DNA from: Flaccisagitta enflata
Taxonomy: Eukaryota
DNA: 64,000 nt
Direction of reading: 5' to 3'
NCBI GenBank assembly: GCA_965153355.1
Contig: OZ231126.1
Span: 31,744,001-31,808,000 of the forward strand
Below, one piece after another: positions 48,018 through 59,400 of the stretch (positions are counted from its first letter, which is position 1; each line of letters opens with the position of its first letter). Position numbers and translations under genes: made by a program. The notes below the pieces were generated by a model that searched no databases, was not told where the DNA came from, and saw nothing but the letters and a program-made list of their open reading frames with translations.

Positions 48018-51000
48018 TCACGGCGATGGCGATGGCGGAAACGACGGAGGTTGGCCTCGATCTACAACCGCGTTTCTCGATTGGCCTCGATCGGCAGCCG
48101 TGTTGCTTGATTGGCTTCGATCGGCAGCCGCGTTGGTCGGTTGGCCTCGATCGGCAGCCGCGACGGTTTCGGAAATGACTCGCCGACGATCGTTCCAGTC
48201 GGAAAATCGACGGACCAAAGTGGACATACGTCGGAACGGAGCTGGCGCCGAAGCGGCCGGGGCGCTGTTTGACCCGGACGCTTGACGAGGCGGCGGAGCG
48301 GCGGCAGCGCCGAGTTCATCATCGGCTCCCGCGGCCGGCTGTGCCGCTTCATTGGCAGCTGAAAGGAGAGTATCCATCATGTAAAGTATGACTACAGATG
48401 TTACATTGAACGGGACAATGTTTTTCTTGTCGTATTTCAGAAATGCCTAAGATCAGTCAAAAGTCAAGACGTGGGTAAAATCGTCGCCGAAAAAAGTCCC
48501 GTTTATTCAGTCTAAGGTCATAAATCAAAGACTCACCGGGTCGTCTTTCATCGCCTACAAAGAGTGCCTCAATTTCGTCGGCGATCCTGCAGAGTTCGAC
48601 GCCGATTCGACGCGCCATCGGATGTTGAGCGTCGAAACGCAACGGCAAAGAAACGCGCCGATCCGCCACCGAAAAATGCACCGGCAAATCAAAAGACGAT
48701 CGTCGCTCCGAACTGGAAGAAGAATCACGTGATCTGACTTTTTTTTTTTTGCTGCGATTTGAGGTTTCTTTTCAGTCGCGTGCACGCAACTCTGCAACCC
48801 GCTCTTTCAGTTGGTCCGTCAAACTTTACTTTTTTTTCATTACATTAAGTCATTTTAGGTCGTTTTAAGTCATCTTGAGTCATTTAAAGTCAATTTGGGT
48901 CCTTCTTAGTTATTTATGTCCCGTAAGCGACTTTGTGTTTGCCTTGTTCTTTCTAACGGAAGTGAATTTTCAAGAAATCAACATCAACAAACAAATGAGC
49001 CCAACTAGGGTTACCACGAAAATACTACGACCTACCGTGGAACAACATCCGGAAGATTGCTTGCAGACTGAACCAATCTCGGCGGCGTCAAAGATTCCGC
49101 TTCCGCCGCCTCTGCCGCCTCCGCCGCCTCCACGATCACCAAAGAATCGTCGTCGTCAGAATCAAGATTCTCGATGGCAGCAACCGGCACTCGATCTTGA
49201 TCTTGACAGAGAGGAAGTGACAATTAGAGACCTTGTCATCTTGGTTACGTAATGGGAAGTGGCAAATCATCACCATGATTGAGATAGAGATAAAAATAGA
49301 CAATTAGGAATTTTGATGTTAGATTGAGTGGCAAGCTATAACGTGATTGAGAGAAAGCGGCATTTTGATTGAGAAGAAACATTTGGCAAATTAGGACCTT
49401 GGATGAGAGGAACATGAGCGACGAATTCATCGTCAAGGCGTGGCAAACTCGCGTTTCGACGAGAGGGAGCGCTGACATCGTCGCTTCCCTGCGGCTGTGC
49501 CGCTTCCACGATCGCGTCATCGCGACTGTCGTGAGTGCGAGGCAGCGCCGCGTTGGCGCTGCGAGAGCCAGTCGGCGCCACGGCGTTGGAACGATCGCAA
49601 ATATGCGCCGTTTGCTCGTGGATGCCGACAAAGACTACAGCGCAATTGCCGCAAACGAGAGGCGCAGCCGCCGAAAACGCGACTTCGTCGTGGTTTTGCC
49701 GCAACGCCGAAGCTCGGGCTGTCGGGAGACGCGGTGACGCCGCGTCGGTGGAATGATCGCAAATGTGAGCGACGCCCTCGAGGAATAGCGCGCAATCGCA
49801 GCGCACAATTCTCGTAGAAGAGGAAGACCTTAAGTCGGAAGATTTGAAGAGGAGAGTCAACAAGAAATATTGACGAAAGATTGAGTTGGCGACTTCGACG
49901 GATAGATTAAAGCGCAATTACTAAATCATGGAATCACAAATCTATTAACACTGTCAATGATGCTGTATTTGAAATCAGTCTGTATGGATGTCAAACAGGG
50001 ATGTATATAGTTCTAAGATCTTTGATTAATTTTCCCCCCCTGCCTTTGATTTTCTCCCCCGCAATGTGTCGCGTCGCGTTACAAAATCTATGGTTTTCCT
50101 CCCCATATGACAATAAAACAGTGTTTTTAAGGTTTAAATAGTGTTCAATTGGGTCACGTTAGCAATGTCAATCCGTGTCTTATATTTTAAAGTGTTTTTA
50201 AGCGGGTAATATTTAGGGTTAGGGATGAGGTAAGGGTTAGGGATGGGGTGAGTTTTAGGGTTAGGGTGGGGACTAGGAGTAGGGTTAGGGCCAGGTGTAG
50301 GTTTGTGTTTATATTTTTTAGCACGAGTAAGCTTGAATCGAACATTTGCCCTAACAAGAAAAAAACTAGTGACGGGATTGAATTCCCTAACATTACCTTT
50401 AATTGTGTTTTACTAATTTAGTTTTTATGATTTGGTACTGCCAAAAGTTTATTTTTCCCCAATTTTTTTTCTTCTCTTTTTTCCCCCTTACATTTTTTTC
50501 CCCATCTCCAAACCCTTTGATTATTGGAATGTTGAACAATATACAGGCCTGATATCAAAACATGAGAGAGCTTGATTTGACTATGTTGGGAGATAACAAA
50601 AACAGTTGCATTGCCCCATGATTTTTTTTCTAGAACTAACCAACGGGAAGGCGAAGAAGAAGTGGAGGAAGCATGGAGGAAAGATGAGGAAATGGACGAA
50701 GAAGAAGCGTGGAGGAAACTCGTTCGGTGCCAGGCAGTCAGACTGCTGCCCAACGGCGGGCGATGCGGAGAGGAGTAGCCAGGCACAAATATCACGGGCC
50801 TGCATCGTCCAAGTTCGGGAGGAAAGGATGGAGAGATTCAAGTGGAGTAATGGAAATCACACAATTCACGTTATGATTTGATGGCACCCGCAGTCCGCCT
50901 GAGCCAACTACACAAGACAATCAAAGCCCCCCCCCCCGTGAGGAAAACCCTTCACCCACACGGACAATTGAACCAAAAATATCAGCACATAAATAATACA

Positions 51001-52160
51001 AGATTGTCTAACCTGCGATCTGGCGTGACCGCGTCTTCTTGACAATTGCTAAGCCGGAACTGCCGGCGCGTGGAATCGCGTCTGGTTGAGCGCGGATTGT
51101 CAGCGCCGAAATCCGCCTCCTCCTCTTGACCGACCACCGACTCGGCAACCGGAACATCGTCTTCATCAACGTCGTCGTCGTCATCTTCTTGATCGGTCAT
51201 GCCCGGCGTTCCTTCGAAATTCTGCCTACGTCCGGGAATAGGGATCGAAGGTGATGTGGATTTCGTCGATTTGGCCGTTAGAGGTACGCAGAGTGAGCCT
51301 CCAGCGTCGGCGACACAAGACGCGCGGTACCTGTCGTCTCGCTCGGCGACGTGTTGAACGCAGAGTGAACCACCATTATTCTTTGATCCGCCCGGAGGGT
51401 GATGAGGCCCGCGCAATGCGCCCCTCGCGTTGGCGTCTAGAATCTCGACCGAATCATCGAAGCCATCTCCTCGCGCGTTGACTTCATCATGGTCGGCACC
51501 GACGCGTTTGAGACGATGCCTTTCATCGACTCGACTTTTTAGCACCGGTTCCGCGGCGTCAGCTTCCTCGTCATTCTCGTCCGCCGACGCGAATGAAAAA
51601 GTGGGGAGATTGACGCCGGACTTTCGACGTCGACTTAGCGCCGCGTCTTCGCTCAGCTGCTTTTTCGTCGTCGGCAACGGCGGTGGAGGCGTTTCATTCG
51701 GAGATGGCGGCAACTGATAGCGGAAACCGGAAGCGCCTTCCGTCGAATCCTCGTTATCGCCCCACAGAATACGAGGACGCGGCGGCGACGCCGAAAAGCA
51801 GCCAGAAGAGCCGACGCGGAAGCCGGCCCTAATGCCATAATCGGCTGGTGAAACCGGCGTCAAGGCGACTGAGGGAACTTCCATGACGGCGCCGCGACGA
51901 TCTTGACGAAATTGGTCTTCATCCGTTCGGTTGGAATGGGACCGATGATTGGACCGGTAATCGGACTGTACTTCGGCGGAGAACCCTACCCCGCTGTCGC
52001 ACCGACGACCACCGCCGGTGGAGGAAAACGAGGCCGATCGGCAAATCTTTTGTTTCCGCGGCGGAATGGGAATCGAAGGAGAGCGCATCGACGGAGAGCC
52101 GGAAAACGACTGCCTACTCGCGGGTGGAGTCGAGTTATTAATGAAAAACTGATCGCACAT
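48018..52160 (-). CDS. ~817-aa intrinsically disordered protein with BH3-like motif (candidate BH3-only protein), 6 exons
   Basis: Exons 52160-51013, 50799-50641, 49828-49398, 49201-49036, 48712-48537 and 48391-48018 join by GT-AG with phases 2,2,1,2,1 (2454 nt, no internal stop); motif IGVELCRIADEIE at 48606-48568. The gene model is better supported than the functional call. Confidence 0.7.
49996..50551. mobile_element. hAT-type MITE containing a TTAGGG-like tract
   Basis: CAGG...CCTG ends; flanks ATGTCAAA/ATATCAAA (7/8 TSD); related sequence at ~5120-5400. Confidence 0.65.
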
Positions 52161-52481
52161 CTCTCCTTTTTCGAAACAAAATGACAACCAACGACCGGAG
52201 ATGACAAGATGGGATAGATTGTAATGCTGAGTTTAAGAGACTATTGCACTATGGTCTGGAAGTGGCTAAATCTGAGACAAAACCTAAAGATTGACAATAA
52301 TGATTATAATGAATACAACAATAAAGAAAAAAAATTTAAAAAAAGATTTTTCTTCATTTTTCGGGTTTTTATTTTTTTTTTTGTCATTTATTCGTTAACA
52401 AATTAATGTAACAGCGCAGACAACATTTCACACGTAGAGAGAAAGAGAGAAAGAGAGAGAGAAAAAAAAAAAAAAAATAGG

Positions 52482-52690
52482 TTACAGTGCAGCTAGGTTG
52501 ATAAGGACAGGGTTGCGTGTTTTAGCTAAACTGCGAAGAAAAGATTTTTGGCGTTCAGAAAAAATTTCAGTGATCGACTTATAACCAAGTGATTGTCGTA
52601 AGTAACGTGTGCTTTCCCATCTGTTAAACGAGAAAATCTTTCGAATACAATCATTTAAGGCTACATCCATCCGTGTCATCTCACGACCAG
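52482..52690 (-). pseudogene. 3' end of the same LINE ORF
   Basis: GREMTRMDVALNDCIRKIFSFNRWES...*; joins in frame to CEIKRFS at 61968. Confidence 0.75.
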
Positions 52691-53469
52691 GAAATTTCCC
52701 TCCTATATATTCTTTGTTGAGTGGAGACGTTATGAGTCGCGCTTGGAGACGCAACCCGTCCCCATTGAATAACATGGGAAACTCTTATTTTCTTTTTGTC
52801 TCTGATATTCGAGCATCCATGATAAGATTTTTTCTTTGGCACAAATTCATCTGGACTGCAAAAAAAAATAAAGCGCGTTCATTTCCCTAGTGGTTAAACT
52901 CGTGACACTTAGAAAACCTTTTAAAATGCCTGTGACAGTAAGAAAACCATCTTGGCAGCATGATGGAGAGGAGGCTTATAGATAGTCCCTAACATGACGC
53001 TGCCTAAGAATTCGTAGTTATTTTCTCTGTGTCTCCGCATGATATTTTTCAAAATGTAACGATTGACGCTAGGAAAACAAGCGAGAGGACAAGACTGGAA
53101 CAATCATAAATGCTTTCTTCACTGAGACGACTGAATAATCTTGTCAACAACATTGATAGGGCAAATCAGTGTCAAAAATTCTTAGTGGAGATTCAACTGC
53201 CGCTGCTGGTCAAACGAGTGGGCGATCATTACGTCCAAGGAAATGATGTTTCCCGATCCCGCTGTCAAACTTTGACCGTGAATGTCATCATTTGTTTGAT
53301 AGATATTTGTTAGTTTCATTGCATATCATTAAGAGGATTCGTCTTACGTGTTATCGAGAGAAGTAGAAAATGTAAACATAGATTGTCTCTTTGCTGACTA
53401 TTGCCGTTGGCCAGTTTTCAAAGAATATGCCATGTTGAAGTCAAAGTGGGCCTAAATTTTTTTACCTTT

Positions 53470-56400
53470 TTACTTTCTGGTGGTCTCCAACTCTTTCCTC
53501 ATTTTCTGTCTGTCTCCATCATCATCCTCATTATTATCTGTCTCTATCTTTCTCCTCATTATTATCTGTCTCTATCTTTCTCCTCATTTTCTGTCTGTCT
53601 CTATCTTTCTCCTCATTTACTGTCTGTCTCCATCTTTATCCTCATTTTCTCTGTGACTCCATCATTATCCTCGTTTTCTCTCTGTCTCCATCTTTCTCCT
53701 CATTATCTATTGGTCTCTATCTCTATCCTCATTATTTATCTGTCTCTATCTTTCTCCTCATTTTCTGTCTGTCTCCGTCTTCATCTTCATTTTCTGTCTG
53801 TCACTATATTTTTCCTCATTTTCTCACTGTCTCTATCTTGACAGATAAAGATGGAGACAGACGAAAAATAATGATAAAGTTAAAGACAGCCAGAAAATGA
53901 GGATAGAGAAGGAGACAGACAGAAAATGAGGATAATGATGGAGACAACCAGAAAATGAGGGTAGAGATGAAGACAAACAGAAAATGAATATGGGCAGAAA
54001 CCGGGGAAAAAGATGGAGAGAGACAGAAAATGAGGGAAAAGATGGAGGCAGGCAAGCAGGAATCAATCCTCTGTGATCTGAGCCAAGGTAAAAATCTTAC
54101 CTTCCCGAGACCCTCAACCCTAGGGTAAGACCCCAGGGTCAGAGCCTCAACCCAGTTTACTTTTAAGTTCATCCCCTGAGGAGAGTATCATCCAAAACAG
54201 CGACTGAGCCACCTCACAAATTTTGTCAGAACATGGGTGAGTCCTAATAAGGTGAAGACTGGTGACAAGAGGGGCTAGCGGGGTTAACTCATATGTTAAG
54301 CCGGTTTCAGCTGTTCTCCAGATCAACACCCCAATTTCACCAAAAGCCCCTTATATATATCCATATATATATATGTAGGCTTACCACAGAGAAACAGAGT
54401 GATCCTCTGCAGATAACAAGTAAAAATGGTTTACAATGTTTTTCAACCCCGCTAGCCCCTCTTTCAACCCTTCTGATCATTTTATGGATGTCTCTTATGT
54501 ACATTTGGCTAGCTGGTGAATTTGTGAAGTTTGAATTTTATGTTTGTCTCCACTTCTATCCTCATAATCTATCCATCCCTATCTTCTTCATTGTTTTTTG
54601 TTTGTCTCCATCTTCATCCTCATTTTCTGTCTGTCTCCATCTTTATCCTCATTTTCTGTCTGTCTCCATCTTTATCCTCATTTTCTGTCTGTCTCCATCT
54701 TTATCCCCATTTTCTGTCTGTCTCTGTCTTTTTCTTTGTTTTCTGTCTGTCACCATCTTCCTCATTTTCTCTCAGTCTCTATGTATGAGGAGACTTACAA
54801 AAAATGAAGGTAAAGGTAGAGACAGCCAGAAAATGAGGACAGAGATGGAGACAAACAGAAAATGAAGGAAAAGGTGGAGATGGGCAGAAAACAAAGAAAA
54901 AGATGGAGACAAATGGAAAATAGAAAGAATGATGGACCAATGAGCAGAAACTTCGGCTCCATCTTATAAATGGTAATATGTCTGAGATTTGAGCCAAGGT
55001 AAAAATCTTACCTTCCCAAGACCCTCAACCCCAAGGCAAGACCCCAAGGTCAGAGCCTCAACCCAGTTCACGTTTAAGTCCATCCCCTGTGGAGAGTACC
55101 ATCTAAAACAGCAACTGAGCCACCTCACAAATTTTGTCAGAACATGGGTGTGTCCTAATAAGGTGAAGACTGGTGACAAGAGGGGCTAGCGGGGTTAACT
55201 CATATGTTAAGCCGGTTTCAGGTGTTCCCCAGATCAACACCCCAATTTCACCAAAAGCCCCTTATATATATATCAATATATATATATAGGCCTACCACAG
55301 AGAAACAGAGAGATCCTCTGCAGATAACAAGTAAAAATGGTTTACAATGTGTTTCAACCCCGCTAGCCCCTCTTTCCACCCTTCTGATCATTTTATGGAT
55401 GTCTCTTATGTACATATGGCTAGCTGGTGAATTTGTCAAGTTTAAATTTTTTGTTTGTCTCCATCTCTATTCTCATAATGTATCCATCCCCATCTTCTTC
55501 ATTGTTTTTTGTTTGTCTCCATCTTCATCCTTATTTTCTGTCTGTCTCCATCTTAATCCTCATTTTCTGTCTGTCTCCATCTTTATCCTCATTTTCTGTC
55601 TGTCTTCATCTTTGTCCCCATTTTCTGTCTGTCTCTGTCTTTTTCTTTGTTTTCTGTTTGTCACCATCTTCTTCCTTTTCTCTCAGTCTCTATGTATGAG
55701 GAGACATACAAAAAAATGAGGATAAAGGTAGAGACAGCCAGAAAATGAGGACAGAGATGGAGACAAACAGAAAATGAAGGAAAAGGTGGAGATGGGCAGA
55801 AAACAAAGAAAAAGATGGAGACAAACAGAAAATAACAAGGCCGGATACACGGCCATCAGTTGCGGACGGGTGGGCAGGGGCGGAAATGCAACTGTCCGCA
55901 ACTGAAAATGTTCTAAAACGCTCATTTCCTCACTTTTCGACTCGTGTCCACGGACCGACCGACGGACCGACGGACCGACCGACCGACCGACGGACGGACA
56001 AAGCCTCTTATAGAGTTGCGTGTCCGCAACTAAAAAGAATGATGGACCAACGAGCAGAAACTTCGGCTCCATCTTATAAATGGTAGTTTGTCTGAGATCT
56101 GAGCCAAGGTAAAAATCTTACCTTCCAAAGACCCTCAATCCCAGGGTAAGACCCCAGGGTCAGAGCCTCAACCCAGTTCACTTTTTAGTCCATCCCCTGT
56201 GGAGAGTACCATCTAAAACAGCGACTGAGCCACCTCACAAATTTTGTCAGAACATGGGTGTGTCCTAATAAGGTGAAGACTGGTGACTAGAGGGGCTAGC
56301 GGGGTTAACTCATATGTTAAGTCGGTTTCAGGTGTTCCCCAGATCAACACCCCAATTTCACCAAAAGCCCCTTATATATATCCATATATATATGTAGGCT

Positions 56401-59400
56401 TACCACAGAGAAACAGAGAGATCCTCTGCAGATAACAAGTAAAAATGGTTTACAATGTGTTTCAACCCCGCTAGCCCCTCTTTCAACCCTTCTGATCATT
56501 TTATGGATGTCTCTTATGTACATTTGGCTAGCTGGTGAATTTGTGAAGTTTGAATTTTATGTTTGTCTCCACTTCTATCCTCATAATCTATCCATCCCTA
56601 TCTTCTTCATTGTTTTTTGTTTGTCTCCATCTTAATCCTCATTTTCTGTCTGTCTCCATCTTAATCCTCATTTTCTGTCTGTCTCCATCTTTATCCTCAT
56701 TTTCTGTCTGTCTCCATCTTTATCCCCATTTTCTGTCCGTCACTGTCTTTTTCTTTGTTTTCTGTCTGTCACCATCTTCCTCATTTTCTCTCAGTCTCTA
56801 TGTATGAGGAGACTTACAAAAAATGAGGATAAAGGTAGAGACAGCCAGAAAATGAGGACAGAGATGGAGACAAACAGAAAATGAAGGAAAAGGTGGAGAT
56901 GGGCAGAAAACAAAGAAAAAGATGGAGACAAATGGAAAATAGAAAGAATGATGGACCAATGAGCAGAAACTTCGGCTCCATCTTATAAATGGTAATATGT
57001 CTGAGATTTGAGCCAAGGTAAAAATCTTACCTTCCCAAGACCCTCAACCCCAAGGCAAGACCCCAGGGTCAGAGCCTCAACCCAGTTCATGTTTAAGTCC
57101 ATCCCCTGTGGAGAGTACCATCTAAAATAGCGACTGAGCCACCTCACAAATTTTGTCAGAACATGGGTGTGTCCTAATAAGGTGAGGACTGGTGACAAGA
57201 GGGGCTAGCGGGGTCAACTCATATGTTAAGCCGGTTTCAGGTGTTCCCCAGATCAACACCCCAATTTCATTAAAAGCCCCTTATATGTATATCAATATAT
57301 ATATATAGGCCTACCACAGAGAAACAGAGAGATCCTCTGCAGATAACAAGTAAAAATGGTTTACAATGTGTTTCAACCCCGCTAGCCCCTCTTTCCACCC
57401 TTCTGATCATTTTATGGATGTCTCTTATGTACATATGGCTAGCTGGTGAATTTGTCAAGTTTAATTTTTTTGTTTGTCTCCATCTCTATTCTCATAATGT
57501 ATCCATCCCCATCTTCTTCATTGTTTTTTATTTGTCTCCATCTTCATCCTTATTTTCTGTCTGTCTCCATCTTAATCCTCATTTTCTGTCTGTCTCCATC
57601 TTTATCCTCATTTTCTGTCTGTCTACATCTTTGTCCCCATTTTCTGTCTGTCTCTGTCTTTTTCTTTGTTTTCTGTTTGTCACCATCTTCTTCCTTTTCT
57701 CTCAGTCTCTATGTATGAGGAGACATACAAAAAAATGAGGATAAAGGTAGAGACAGCCAGAAAATGAGGACAGAGATGGAGACAAACAGAAAATGAAGGA
57801 AAAGGTGGAGATGGGCAGAAAACAAAGAAAAAGATGGAGACAAACAGAAAATAAAAAGAATGATGGACCAACGAGCAGAAACTTCGGCTCCATCTTATAA
57901 ATGGTAGTTTGTCTGAGATCTGAGCCAAGGTAAAAATCTTACCTTCCAAAGACCCTCAATCCCAGGGTAAGACCCCAGGGTCAGAGCCTCAACCCAGTTC
58001 ACTTTTTAGTCCATCCCCTGTGGAGAGTACCATCTAAAACAGCGACTGAGCCACCTCACAAATTTTGTCAGAACATGGGTGTGTCCTAATAAGGTGAAGA
58101 CTGGTGACAAGAGGGGCTAGCGGGGTTAACTCATATGTTAAGCCGGTTTCAGGTGTTCCCCAGATCAACACCCCAATTTCACCAAAAGCCCCTTATATAT
58201 ATCCATATATATATATGTAGGCTTACCACAGAGAAACAGAGAGATCCTCTGCAGATAACAAGTAAAAATGGTTTACAATGTTTTTCAACCCCGCTAGCCC
58301 CTCTTTCAACCCTTCTGATCATTTTATGGATGTCTCTTATGTACATTTGGCTAGCTGGTGAATTTGTCAAGTTTAAATTTTATGTTTGTCTCCACTTCTA
58401 TCCTCATAATCTATCCATCCCCATCTTCTTCATTGTTTTTTGTTTGTCTCCATCTTAATCCTCATTTTCTGTCTGTCTCCATCTTAATCCTCATTTTCTG
58501 TCTGTCTCCATCTTTATCCTCATTTTCTGTCTGTCTCCATCTTTATCCCCATTTTCTGTCCGTCTCTGTCTTTTTCTTTGTTTTCTGTCTGTCACCATCT
58601 TCCTCATTTTCTCTCAGTCTCTATGTATGAGCAGACTTACAAAAAATGAGGATAAAGGTAGAGACAGCCAGAAAATGAGGACAGAGATGGAGACAAACAG
58701 AAAATGAAGGAAAAGGTGGAGATGGGCAGAAAACAAAGAAAAAGATGGAGACAAATGGAAAATAAAAAGAATGATGGACCAATGAGCAGAAACTTCGGCT
58801 CCATCTTATAAATGGTAATATGTCTGAGATTTGAGCCAAGGTAAAAATCTTACCTTCCCAAGACCCTCAACCCCAAGGCAAGATCCCAAGGTCAGAGCCT
58901 CAACCCAGTTCACGTTTAAGTCCATCCCCTGTGGAGAGTACCATCTAAAACAGCAACTGAGCCACCTCACAAATTTTGTCAGAACATGGGTGTGTCCTAT
59001 TAAGGTGAGGACTGGTGACAAGAGGGGCTAGCGGGGTTAACTCATATGTTAAGCCGGTTTCAGGTGTTCCCCAGATCAACACCCCAATTTCATTAAAAGC
59101 CCCTTATATGTATATCAATATATATATATAGGCCTACCACAGAGAAACAGAGAGATCCTCTGCAGATAACAAGTAAAAATGGTTTACAATGTGTTTCAAC
59201 CCCGCTAGCCCCTCTTTCCACCCTTCTGATCATTTTATGGATGTCTCTTATGTACATTTGGCTAGCTGGTGAATTTGTCAAGTTTAAATTTTTTGTTTGT
59301 CTCCATCTCTATCCTCATAATGTATCCATCCCCATCTTCTTCATTGTTTTTTGTTTGTCTCCATCTTCATCCTTATTTTCTGTCTGTCTCCATCTTAATC

